Assembly: GCA_947627455.1 (NCBI GenBank)
Contig: CANQWC010000006.1
Coordinates: forward strand, 21,714 to 85,713
Reading direction: 5' to 3'
DNA length: 64,000 bases
Source of the DNA: an uncultured Clostridia bacterium
GTDB lineage: Bacteria; Bacillota; Clostridia; Oscillospirales; Ruminococcaceae
Numbering within the stretch: position 1 is the first letter of the stretch; each line of letters starts with the position of its first letter. The notes under the pieces are model-generated. The model did not search any database. It was not told the origin of the DNA and saw only the letters and a program-made list of their open reading frames with translations. Positions 48,628-57,237 of the stretch are shown piece by piece. Position numbers and translations under genes: made by a program.

Positions 48628-49509
48628 ATGTTCAGGCTCATTAACGTTTGCACAAAAAAATATCTGAGCTCGGCGGCGTTTAAAATCGGCTCGGCGCTTT
48701 CGTTCGCGGCGGGGCTTGTCTGCGGGCTTCCGTTCCGCAGGGGCGCTGATTCGGCGGTATCGTCTTCGGCGATGATTGCTGCGGCGGCGCCCGTTATAAT
48801 CAGCATCGCGATAATCGTGCTGAACATCACAAAGGAGTGGAAGTTTCGCACCTTTGCTAACAAGCTCGTGGTCGGGCATACGAAGGTTAAAATTTTCTTC
48901 GCCGAGCTTTTTGCAGCGCTCTTGGCGGGCGCGGCGGTATATGCCCTGTTCGGCGCGGGGTTTGCGGCGGCATCGCCAAAAACCGTTTTCGGGCCGAGGC
49001 TTGTGCCGATTCTGAGAATTTCCGCGCAGATGGCCCTCGTGGGGCTGAGCCTTTGCACGATGGCGGCGGTGATAAGCTTTACCTGCAAGACCCACAACTC
49101 GGCGCTGATTTTAAGCATCGCCGCGATTTTTGTGATGTTCTTCATCTCGGAGCAGCTCTATGATTTTATCTATCGCAACGAAATAAACAGTCAGATTTAT
49201 GAAAACTACTACTCAAGCGTCGCGGCAGACCCGCTCACGGGCGAATATGTCGACCCGATGACGGGCATCGCCGTTGAAAGGGCTGATTTTGTGCCGATGC
49301 GGACGGTAAATCTTGCGAAGGCGGCCTATGCGCTCGACCCGATCGGCGCGTTCGACCTCTATGCAAACGAGCTTTACCCCTATCTTGACGGCGGGGTGCC
49401 CGATCAATACTGCCTCGCCCAGCGGTGGCTGCCGCTTTGCTCGGCGGGGCTGATTGCGGCGCTCGCGGGATTGGGGGCGCTGGCATTTCGCAAAAAAGAT
49501 GTTAAATGA
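48628..49509 (+). CDS. ABC-2-type permease, divergent paralogue 3
   Basis: Multi-pass, with the related block KEWKFRTFANKLVVGHTK and the C-terminal FRKKDVK. Confidence 0.65.
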   Translation: MFRLINVCTKKYLSSAAFKIGSALSFAAGLVCGLPFRRGADSAVSSSAMIAAAAPVIISIAIIVLNITKEWKFRTFANKLVVGHTKVKIFFAELFAALLAGAAVYALFGAGFAAASPKTVFGPRLVPILRISAQMALVGLSLCTMAAVISFTCKTHNSALILSIAAIFVMFFISEQLYDFIYRNEINSQIYENYYSSVAADPLTGEYVDPMTGIAVERADFVPMRTVNLAKAAYALDPIGAFDLYANELYPYLDGGVPDQYCLAQRWLPLCSAGLIAALAGLGALAFRKKDVK

Positions 49510-49517
49510 GGTGAAAT

Positions 49518-49746
49518 ATGCATAATCTTATATCCGCGGGGTTTTTCAGGCTCAAAAAAAGCAGAGCGTTTGCGGCGTTCTGCGTGTTTTCGGCGCTTTG
49601 CGGGGCGCTCAGCGCGATATCTTCATAGGAGCGCGCGAGGCTGGCGGTCGAGCGCCCCCCTGCGCGTGCTCGGCTTCGGGGCGCTTTGGATAATTTTACC
49701 GACCGCAGCAGGCTGCGCGGTGTTCAGGAGGAGAAATGTGGGGTAG
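49518..49746 (+). pseudogene. Remnant of a fourth permease paralogue (N-terminal 36 codons plus an out-of-frame C-terminal stub)
   Basis: MHNLISAGFFRLKKSRAFAAFCVFSALCGALSAISS-stop (49518-49628). A second frame then ends ..GALWIILPTAAGCAVFRRRNVG-stop (to 49746), which matches the paralogue C-termini. Confidence 0.6.
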
Positions 49747-49820
49747 GGTGTTCCTCACACTTAAAGACCCGCACCGTTCCCCCGCTTACAATCAAAGAAA
49801 AACAACCATACAAACCGCCT

Positions 49821-49852
49821 CGGCTCTTGCACACAAAAATGTGCAGGAGCCG
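49821..49852. terminator. Strong hairpin between the convergent ABC operons
   Basis: cggctcttgcaca-caaaaa-tgtgcaggagccg (13 bp including one G-U) with moderately T-rich flanks on both strands. Confidence 0.55.
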
Positions 49853-50018
49853 ATTTATGTTTGAACGATAAGTCAAAACCTGCTGATTGGCGCGTCAGAG
49901 AAGCGACTGCAAGCCGCCATAGTTACACGAGCGTGAGCAGTTTTTACTGTTGCAATATGTGTCAAAAAGCAATAAAAATTTTTGCGGAGAGGCAGCGCAG
50001 AAGCAAGTACATGAAATA

Positions 50019-50810
50019 TCATCTCCTCCCAATATCCCACGCCTCTAAAACGCAAATCGGCAAAAAAGCGAGCAACAAAATCACAAGATTGACAAACGGC
50101 GAAATATTAAATGTTTCCGTTCCGAACAAATAATAAGGTTTCAGAAACACCCAAATGTTGTATTCCTGCATAATTGTGGGAAATGAAAACCTGTTAAACA
50201 AAAATTCAAACAGTACGACAACTGCTGATATGCTCGCCGCCGAAATGGTGCTTTTTGCGCGAGCGGAGATGAACAGCACTAACAATCCCACGAAAACGCT
50301 GCCGACTGTCAGAGATACTGCTGAAAATCCGATGTGCTGAAAAGCCGTCCATACGGGTTTGAGCCTTACTTCCGCGGCTTCCGAATGGATATTTTTTATC
50401 GGTGCGCCGCCGTTTGTCAATCCCGATACGGAGCATATTATGAGCGTCGAAAGCACCAACGCAGTGCAGATTATCATCGCGAATAAAACTGCCGCAATCA
50501 GCTTTGCGCGGGCTCGTCCTTTTTTACCGATGAGGCAGGCTGCGGGTATCTGCTCGATTCCGCGCTCCCTGTCGCCCGCGAAGGTCGGAGATAACGCGCT
50601 CAGCAAAATCAGCACGAGGGCATACGGCAGAACGAAGTTATAAAGCGTCACGGGAAGGCTTTCCGTCATTGAAAACCAACTTTGCCGAAGCTGCTCTGAA
50701 AGGCATATCGCGAGCGAAAACAATGTATATGCCGCGGCAATCAGCCATGTTGATTTTTTGGCGAGCATATTTTCCAACTCAAACAGCGCGGCATGCAGGA
50801 TATTTTTCAT
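50019..50810 (-). CDS. ABC-2-type permease (island cargo)
   Basis: 263 aa, 6 predicted TM segments, last gene of the sigma-ABC operon. Its start overlaps the upstream gene's stop. Confidence 0.65.
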   Translation of the reverse strand: MKNILHAALFELENMLAKKSTWLIAAAYTLFSLAICLSEQLRQSWFSMTESLPVTLYNFVLPYALVLILLSALSPTFAGDRERGIEQIPAACLIGKKGRARAKLIAAVLFAMIICTALVLSTLIICSVSGLTNGGAPIKNIHSEAAEVRLKPVWTAFQHIGFSAVSLTVGSVFVGLLVLFISARAKSTISAASISAVVVLFEFLFNRFSFPTIMQEYNIWVFLKPYYLFGTETFNISPFVNLVILLLAFLPICVLEAWDIGRR

Positions 50811-52006
50811 CAGCCTTTAACCTGCTTTCGGGTGTATGTTTTATATGTAATTATCAGGCAAATCAGCGCCACGCACGCGTTAAATACTGCATTAACCGCC
50901 AGAGTCGGCAGGAGGATTCCGAAGATGCTTGTGTAATGCCCTGCCGCCGCGAGCTCATACTGAGTTTGAAGCATGAACAGACTCAATTCTGCGGGCAAAG
51001 AATATGCCGATGAAAGTATCGGCGGGAGGGTGATTGCATTTGCGTATAGCGCCGTGCCGCCGTAAAATAAACCTGCTGCAAAAAACGGAATGAGCGCGTT
51101 TTTGCTGAACGCGGAGATACACATCGCTATGCTTCCCAGAGTATAGCCCGCGAGCAGCGTCCCCAAAACCTGCCTAAGACAAAAATCACAGACCGAGCCG
51201 CCGAACGTAGTCAGCGAAAGCCCGTAGGTGCTTGCCGCAGACATTGATGATTTCGGAGCATGATAGCAAACCGCCGTGATAATCATATATGAAATTTCCA
51301 TGGCGGCGACGACGGCGGTGATGAAGATAAATGCCGCCGATAATTTACTGAAAAATACGTCTTTCCGTCCTTTTTTGGAAGTCAGAAGAGCAGACTGCAT
51401 GCCGCTGATATACTCGTCGGAATAGATTCCGGCAAGACCGACGATTATGACAAGCATGATTAGTCCCGGGAAAACCGCCGAGTGATTTACGTCGATGAAA
51501 TTGTTCGCGCTGCTCTCCAAATTCAGTTCGATTTTAACCTGCGATTTTTGATAATCCGATAGCAGCTTTGCTTTTGCCTTCGACAGAGCCGAGCCGTCGG
51601 AAGCCGCGGCATCATCGGCAAGCCGAGAAATATAATCTTCGCGATTGTCTGCACGCTCAAAATAATTGTTGACGGCGCCGATCAAATCGCTTCTCAGAGA
51701 TTTATAAATTCGTTCGGCTGTTTTGTATTGGTCGATATATTCAAAGACCTCGATCGGGATATACGGCTCAATTTCATCAATCGAGCAGGAATAATTCTTG
51801 CTGCGGACAAAATCGCGAAATTCCCCGCTTTCAACCGCGCCTGCAAGCTCGGCACGCATAGGTTCAAGCGTATATTTTACGCCGACCATGTTCCGCATTT
51901 GAATTTTGAGGGCGAAAAACAGCATTATAAACGCCGCCATCGAAATCCAGACGACCTTTTTTGAGAAGATTTTATATAATTCGGTGCCGAGCATTTCAAA
52001 GTTCAT
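50810..52006 (-). CDS. ABC-2-type permease with large extracytoplasmic loop (island cargo)
   Basis: MNFEMLGTELYKIFSKKVVW, one TM segment, a loop of about 170 aa, then 5 TM segments. ATG 52006 overlaps the ATPase stop. Confidence 0.65.
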   Translation of the reverse strand: MNFEMLGTELYKIFSKKVVWISMAAFIMLFFALKIQMRNMVGVKYTLEPMRAELAGAVESGEFRDFVRSKNYSCSIDEIEPYIPIEVFEYIDQYKTAERIYKSLRSDLIGAVNNYFERADNREDYISRLADDAAASDGSALSKAKAKLLSDYQKSQVKIELNLESSANNFIDVNHSAVFPGLIMLVIIVGLAGIYSDEYISGMQSALLTSKKGRKDVFFSKLSAAFIFITAVVAAMEISYMIITAVCYHAPKSSMSAASTYGLSLTTFGGSVCDFCLRQVLGTLLAGYTLGSIAMCISAFSKNALIPFFAAGLFYGGTALYANAITLPPILSSAYSLPAELSLFMLQTQYELAAAGHYTSIFGILLPTLAVNAVFNACVALICLIITYKTYTRKQVKG

Positions 52007-52878
52007 AGCGCGTTCCCTCCGAAAAAGCAGCTGAAAACATCTTCCAAAATCGGCTTGACGGCTTCGCATGGAAAATCGGGTTGATTATCCCCAACGATTC
52101 TGACCTCAACGCCGCCGCTTCGCTGAATGATATTCCCGACGGTAAACCGCTTTTTCAGTTCGTTAAGTTCGGAATGCGAAATGACGGCGGTCCAAACCTT
52201 TCCCTCAACTTCTTTGAGCAGGTTTTCGGTCGTGTCGATTTTGAGAACCGCGCCGTTTCGCATCATGATCACCTTGCCCGCGATAAACTCCATGTCGGAA
52301 ATTATGTGCGTTGAGAGCAGAACGATTCTTTGCTCAGAAAGTTCGGAGATGATGTTGCGGAAGCGTATCCTCTCCTGCGGGTCAAGTCCTGCCGTCGGCT
52401 CGTCGAGGATAAGTATTTCGGGGTCGTTTAAAAGCGTTTGCGCGATGCCTACTCTGCGAAGCATTCCGCCCGAAAACCCGCCCAGCTTTTTCTTTGCCTC
52501 GTCTTTTAGTCCCACAAGCTCTAAAAGCTCGTCTGTTTTTTCATCTGCGGACTTTCCCGTAATTCCTTTGAGAGCGGCGATATATTTCAAGAATTTTCTT
52601 GCGGAAAAATTCTTATAAACCCCGATTTCCTGCGGCATATACCCAAGCCTGTCGCGGTAAGCCGCGCCGAGTTCTCTGATGTTTACGCCTTCCAAAAGCA
52701 CCTCGCCCTCGGTCGGGTCAAGAATATCCGCCATCATTTTCATAAGCGTTGTTTTTCCCGCTCCATTGGGACCTAAAAGACCGTAAACGCCATAGGATAA
52801 ATCGAAAGACACATTGTTGACAGCGAGTTTACCGTTAAATTCCTTTGTAAGATTCCGTACAGATAATTCCATTTTCAT
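52003..52878 (-). CDS. ABC transporter ATP-binding protein (island cargo)
   Basis: Walker A GPNGAGKTT, signature FSGGMLRRVG, Walker B ILILDEPT. Confidence 0.9.
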   Translation of the reverse strand: MKMELSVRNLTKEFNGKLAVNNVSFDLSYGVYGLLGPNGAGKTTLMKMMADILDPTEGEVLLEGVNIRELGAAYRDRLGYMPQEIGVYKNFSARKFLKYIAALKGITGKSADEKTDELLELVGLKDEAKKKLGGFSGGMLRRVGIAQTLLNDPEILILDEPTAGLDPQERIRFRNIISELSEQRIVLLSTHIISDMEFIAGKVIMMRNGAVLKIDTTENLLKEVEGKVWTAVISHSELNELKKRFTVGNIIQRSGGVEVRIVGDNQPDFPCEAVKPILEDVFSCFFGGNAL

Positions 52879-52885
52879 TTCCTTT

Positions 52886-53623
52886 CTAAGCGTACATTTT
52901 TCTTGATGTTCCGACGGTCACGGCGGTAAACGCGCCTATGCCGATGAGCAGAATAATCGCCAAATAAGCGGCATTTATATTTGTAATCATACCGATAAAT
53001 TCCTCTTCGGAGAGCATGAAAACCGCGCCCAGAACCCATGCCGACAAGCAGACCGAAAGGGGCAGCGTGCTGTCGGACAGCGACATCAGAATCAGCGCGG
53101 CCGCACCCACAAAGAACATCGCGATAAAGGAGCACAGATACAACCGCGCGATATGCTCATAGTCCGAAAATACGGCGCCCGAGAGCAGCACCAAGACGGC
53201 GTTCAGAAGCATACAGAGCCATAGGCGCGCAAAGTATATTTTTTCGGGCGAATATTTGCAGGCTTTTTCGATTTGCACTAAATCGGGGTCACGGTAATGC
53301 GTCTCGCGAATGGCAAACGCAATCACGGGAACGGGCGAAAGCGCAGACATAATCGCAATCGGGTCGAAGCCGTACGCACCTGACAGATGTGCTGTCATCA
53401 CGCAGCTTGCAAGCAAAAACGCCGACAAAATCCAAAAGAACGCGGATTCCGAGGAACAGCATGAAAATACAACTTTCCACAAGCCAATGTCGAAAAGTCC
53501 TTGCCTTTTTGAACAGCATAAAGATGCTGCCCGGCATACCGCGTCTATCTCCGACTGAGGGACAACGGGAACGGGGTCGTTTTTTACCGCCTCGGCAATT
53601 TTCCGCAAAGTTAAATCATTCAT
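52886..53623 (-). CDS. Polytopic membrane protein, possible anti-sigma factor
   Basis: It overlaps the stop of the upstream ECF sigma gene by 8 nt. It has a cytoplasmic N-terminus of about 50 aa followed by about 6 TM segments. The call rests on context only. Confidence 0.45.
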   Translation of the reverse strand: MNDLTLRKIAEAVKNDPVPVVPQSEIDAVCRAASLCCSKRQGLFDIGLWKVVFSCCSSESAFFWILSAFLLASCVMTAHLSGAYGFDPIAIMSALSPVPVIAFAIRETHYRDPDLVQIEKACKYSPEKIYFARLWLCMLLNAVLVLLSGAVFSDYEHIARLYLCSFIAMFFVGAAALILMSLSDSTLPLSVCLSAWVLGAVFMLSEEEFIGMITNINAAYLAIILLIGIGAFTAVTVGTSRKMYA

Positions 53624-54140
53624 CGTACCCCTCCAATTCGTTTTTCAACTTCTCCAAGCCGTAGCGGATCCGAGCCTTAACGGTCGACTCCTTCGCATTG
53701 GTAATTTTTGATATATCGTGTATCGAAAAGCCGTAGTTAAAGCGCAAAATAACGGCTTCTTTCTGCTCAATCGGCAATCGCGTCAACGCTGCTTGAATAT
53801 CGCTCAAAATTAATATTTTATCGACTTCATTGTCGGGCGCGGGATAATCCTCCGAAAGCTCATAATTTTCGGGACGGCGGGATATTGTCCGATAATAATT
53901 TTTCAGATGATTGGAGGCAATCGTAAAAAGCCAATTCTTAAAAGGTGTTTTGGGACGGTATTTTGAAATGCCCGCCGCCATCTTCATAAAAACCTCCTGC
54001 GTCAAATCCTTCGCCTGATGGTAATTGCCGACGCTTTTGTAGAAAAACGCGAAAACGGGTTGATAATATTTGTTAATCATCTCATTCATCGCCGACCTGT
54101 CGCCGCTTTGAATTTTTCTTACCAAGTTCTGCTCGCTCAT
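53616..54140 (-). CDS. ECF-type sigma-70 family factor (island cargo)
   Basis: MSEQNLVRKIQSGDRSAMNEMINKYYQPVF..., DLTQEVFMK (region 2) and ...FSIHDISKITNAKESTVKARIRYGLEKL (region 4). GTG 54158 is an alternative start. Confidence 0.85.
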   Translation of the reverse strand: MSEQNLVRKIQSGDRSAMNEMINKYYQPVFAFFYKSVGNYHQAKDLTQEVFMKMAAGISKYRPKTPFKNWLFTIASNHLKNYYRTISRRPENYELSEDYPAPDNEVDKILILSDIQAALTRLPIEQKEAVILRFNYGFSIHDISKITNAKESTVKARIRYGLEKLKNELEGYDE

Positions 54141-54416
54141 GTCCACGCCGCCAATCACCGCCTTTCATTTAAGTATAACACCGAAGTGCGGGAAAAAGAT
54201 ATATTTTTTGAAATGTTTTTTGGCTGCGGCTTCGACTTTTAATATAATGCAGAGAAAATGCAGTTCACAAAAAATTTACAATCGGATACCTGCTTTTCGT
54301 TTGAAAATTGTACGTTATAAGATGGGGAGGATAAATCATGTTCATATAAAATTCACATTTAGGGTGTCACCATTTACGCAAAAAATGTCCGTCAAAGATG
54401 AAAGAAGTGTTCAAAA

Positions 54417-54743
54417 ATGTCTAAAAGCTATCAAACGCCTAAGAGGAAAATCGTTGTCAAAACCCGCATGACCGATGACGAGTACGCAGTCTTCACTGAG
54501 CGCGCAAAGTTTTGTGGGATTAGCCAGTCAGAATTCATACGACGAGCGATTGATGATGCGGTCATCAAACCTATCATCACGGTTTCTCCGATTAACGAAA
54601 AGCTACTTTCGGCTATCGGTCAGCTGACCGCTCAGCTTGGCAAAATCGGTGGTAATCTCAACCAAATCGCACGATTCTTGAATGAGCACGGAACGCCGTA
54701 CAATTCATTCATTATCGGGCGATTTCCGACCTCGCCGACCTGA
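54417..54743 (+). CDS. mobC: MobC-family relaxosome accessory protein, apparently frameshifted near its 3' end
   Basis: An RHH-like N-terminus (VKTRMTDDEYAVFTERAKFCGISQSEFIRRAI) and a GGNLNQIARFLN motif. A plausible C-terminus (AISDLADLKFEILRKVGD...) continues in another frame to 54800. Confidence 0.7.
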   Translation: MSKSYQTPKRKIVVKTRMTDDEYAVFTERAKFCGISQSEFIRRAIDDAVIKPIITVSPINEKLLSAIGQLTAQLGKIGGNLNQIARFLNEHGTPYNSFIIGRFPTSPT

Positions 54744-54767
54744 AATTTGAAATCTTGCGAAAGGTAG

Positions 54768-56357
54768 GTGACGCGGTTGGCGACGTTCAAACATTTAAGC
54801 TCTAAAAATTCAGATTACGGTGCCGCTGAGAAATACCTGTTGTTTGAACACGATGAGTTCACAAACAAACCCGTTCTTGACGAACACGGAAAGCTGATTC
54901 CGCGAGAGAACTGTCGTTTTGCGACCTTGAATTGCGGCGAAGATGACTTCGAGATTGCCTGTATGAAGTCAAATCTTCAATATGACAAGAATCGCTCCCG
55001 TGGCGACGTTAAAAGTCACCACTACATAATCAGTTTTGACCCCAGCGACGGCGTTGAGAACGGCTTGACGGTTGACCGTGCGCAAGAGTTAGGAGAACAG
55101 TTTTGCAAGGAACATTTCGCAGGACATCAGGCAATCGTCTGCACCCACGCCGACGGTCACAACCGTTCGGGCAATATCCATTGTCACATAGTCATTAACA
55201 GCCTGCGGATTGCTGATGTGCCGCTCCTGCCATATATGGACAGACCAGCCGATACGAAAGCTGGCTGCAAGCACCGCTGTACCGAGGCGGCTATGAAATA
55301 TTTCCGTACGGAAGTTATGGCTATGTGCCAAAGAGAGGGATTATATCAAATCGACCTTTTGGGTGGAAGTGGCGAGCGAGTGACTGAGGGCGAATACTGG
55401 ACAAGGCGGCGAGGACAAGCTGAATTGTCTGACAGCGGCAAGCCGACCAAGTTTGAGACGGACAAAGAAAAGCTGCGGCAGATTATTAGGAAAGCACTTG
55501 AAACTGCCGTAGATTTTGATGAGTTTGCAGAGCTTTTGTTACGGCAGGGCGTGACCGTCAAGCAAAGCAGAGGACGGTTGTCATATCTGACATCTGACCG
55601 TTCAAAACCTATAACCGCCCGTCGCTTGGGAGACGACTTTGACCTTGCCTCAATAAATGCCGTTTTTGAGCAGAAATCGCGACAGTTGGAGCAAAATGCT
55701 GTGCAGGACATATCTTCTCAACCAAGCATTTTGGAACGCTTACAGGCGGCAAAAGCCTCAAAAATCAACACATATCATGACAGTATTTCGCGAATGGTCG
55801 ATGTAACGCCCGGCAAGGGCGCAGACTTCGAGCATTGGGCAAAAGTGTTCAATCTTAAGCAGTCGGCAAAAAGCGTCGCCGAACTTGAAAAATATGGACT
55901 TCAGTCGCTTGAAGATTTGCAAAATGCTATTACCATTGCAAAAGCAGATGAGCGCGATTGCAGGGAGGCGCTCAAAGCTGTCGAAACTGAACTTTATGAT
56001 AAAAAGGAATTGCTCAAGCGTGTACTTGCTTATGCGAACACGAAGCCGATTCGGAACGAGTACCGTTCGTTAAAGTCTGACCGAGCGAGGGAGAAATTCC
56101 GAAAGCAGCATGAAAGCGAATTTATCATTAAGGATTCGGCGAAGCGATACTTTGCCGAACACGGTATAGCAAAAATACCAAGCTATAAAACTTTGCAGTC
56201 AGAAATTGAAAAATTAACCTCTCGGCAAAACGAACTGTATGAGGGGTTGAAGGAAAAACGCAGTGAGGTCAAACGACTGCAAACTATTGCGGATAACATT
56301 GAACGGACTTTGCATGAAGAATCAAACAAAGAGAAAGATAAAAATCAGGAGATTTAA
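54768..56357 (+). CDS. Relaxase/mobilisation nuclease (MobA/VirD2-type domain)
   Basis: KHLSSKNSDYGAAEKYL, HHYIISF and the HADGHNRSGNIHCHIVINS histidine-triad region. A long coiled-coil C-terminus follows. The true start may be TTG 54777 (MATFKH). Confidence 0.85.
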   Translation: MTRLATFKHLSSKNSDYGAAEKYLLFEHDEFTNKPVLDEHGKLIPRENCRFATLNCGEDDFEIACMKSNLQYDKNRSRGDVKSHHYIISFDPSDGVENGLTVDRAQELGEQFCKEHFAGHQAIVCTHADGHNRSGNIHCHIVINSLRIADVPLLPYMDRPADTKAGCKHRCTEAAMKYFRTEVMAMCQREGLYQIDLLGGSGERVTEGEYWTRRRGQAELSDSGKPTKFETDKEKLRQIIRKALETAVDFDEFAELLLRQGVTVKQSRGRLSYLTSDRSKPITARRLGDDFDLASINAVFEQKSRQLEQNAVQDISSQPSILERLQAAKASKINTYHDSISRMVDVTPGKGADFEHWAKVFNLKQSAKSVAELEKYGLQSLEDLQNAITIAKADERDCREALKAVETELYDKKELLKRVLAYANTKPIRNEYRSLKSDRAREKFRKQHESEFIIKDSAKRYFAEHGIAKIPSYKTLQSEIEKLTSRQNELYEGLKEKRSEVKRLQTIADNIERTLHEESNKEKDKNQEI

Positions 56358-56367
56358 GGAGGACAGC

Positions 56368-56625
56368 ATGAACAATCACGACCCTATCGACCTTTGTGAA
56401 TGCTATGAGCCACTGGACTTCCCACCCAAGGAGATTTTGAAAGATTGGAAATGGGAGAATGAGCCCAAACCAGAACCTTTTTACGGCACAGAACCCGACG
56501 GCGAGATGTTCTTTTACATTGGCAATACCCGCATTAAGGTTTCGGAGCATTTTAATAAAGACGGCAAACCGTTAGAGAATTTGCTCGAAGATGTCATAAA
56601 ATATTCCGCAAAATCATCACTTTAA
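56368..56625 (+). CDS. Hypothetical small protein (85 aa) downstream of the relaxase
   Basis: ATG after an AAGGAGG RBS. No recognisable motif. Confidence 0.45.
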   Translation: MNNHDPIDLCECYEPLDFPPKEILKDWKWENEPKPEPFYGTEPDGEMFFYIGNTRIKVSEHFNKDGKPLENLLEDVIKYSAKSSL

Positions 56626-56701
56626 AGCTTGAAATTGTGCCACGCTTATGATATAATTCTTTTGTATTGTAAGCGTGGGTGATTCACAAAGGAGGTTATA
56701 A

Positions 56702-57124
56702 ATGAAATCACCTAACAATGCAAAATATAGCACTGCTCTTTATATGCGTCTTTCCCGAGATGACGAAAACTTTGGCGACAGCGTTTCAATAGAAACGCAG
56801 AGAAAAGTCCTCGAACAGTATGTACGAGAAAACAATCTGATAGTCTACGACGAGTATGTCGACGACGGTTGGAGCGGGACAAACTTCGAAAGACCCGCCT
56901 TTCAGCGGATGATATCGGATATTGAAGCAGGAAAAGTAAACTGCGTCGTGACGAAAGATTTGTCAAGATTTGGCAGAGAACACGTCACTATGGACTATTA
57001 TCTCGAATTCGTTTTCCCCGAGATGAACGTCCGCTATATCGCGGTCAACGACAACGAAGATACCGACAAAGGCTTATCTGATTTTGTCCCGTTCAAAAAC
57101 CTGTTTAATGACAACTACTCATAA
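56702..57124 (+). pseudogene. Large serine recombinase, N-terminal catalytic-domain fragment only (140 codons)
   Basis: ALYMRLSRDDE (catalytic Ser), VDDGWSGTNFERPAFQRM and VVTKDLSRFGR are resolvase-domain blocks. The frame ends at ..KNLFNDNYS-stop, and the expected recombinase and zinc-ribbon domains are missing. Confidence 0.8.
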
Positions 57125-57237
57125 AGAATGACAACATTCAGCGCAATCAATCAGAAATCCAAGAACAAACAATCGCCCATTTTCTGCGGCTGAAACGCTC
57201 GGCCGTTTGGAAATGGACGATTTTTCATGCCCAAAAG

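Larger units (their letters stand above)
49860..57230. mobile_element. Decayed integrative mobilisable element / genomic island (ECF-ABC cargo, mobC, relaxase, truncated serine recombinase); boundaries approximate
   Basis: It has mobilisation genes plus a 5' fragment of a large serine recombinase. Sampled lines are visibly lower in G+C than the flanking pst and ABC regions. No intact integrase and no recognisable att repeats were found. Confidence 0.6.

Noticed and set aside
54240-54416. An oriT upstream of mobC.
   Set aside because: One is expected there by analogy, but I could only find a short tacaat/attgta inverted repeat and no recognisable nick-site consensus.
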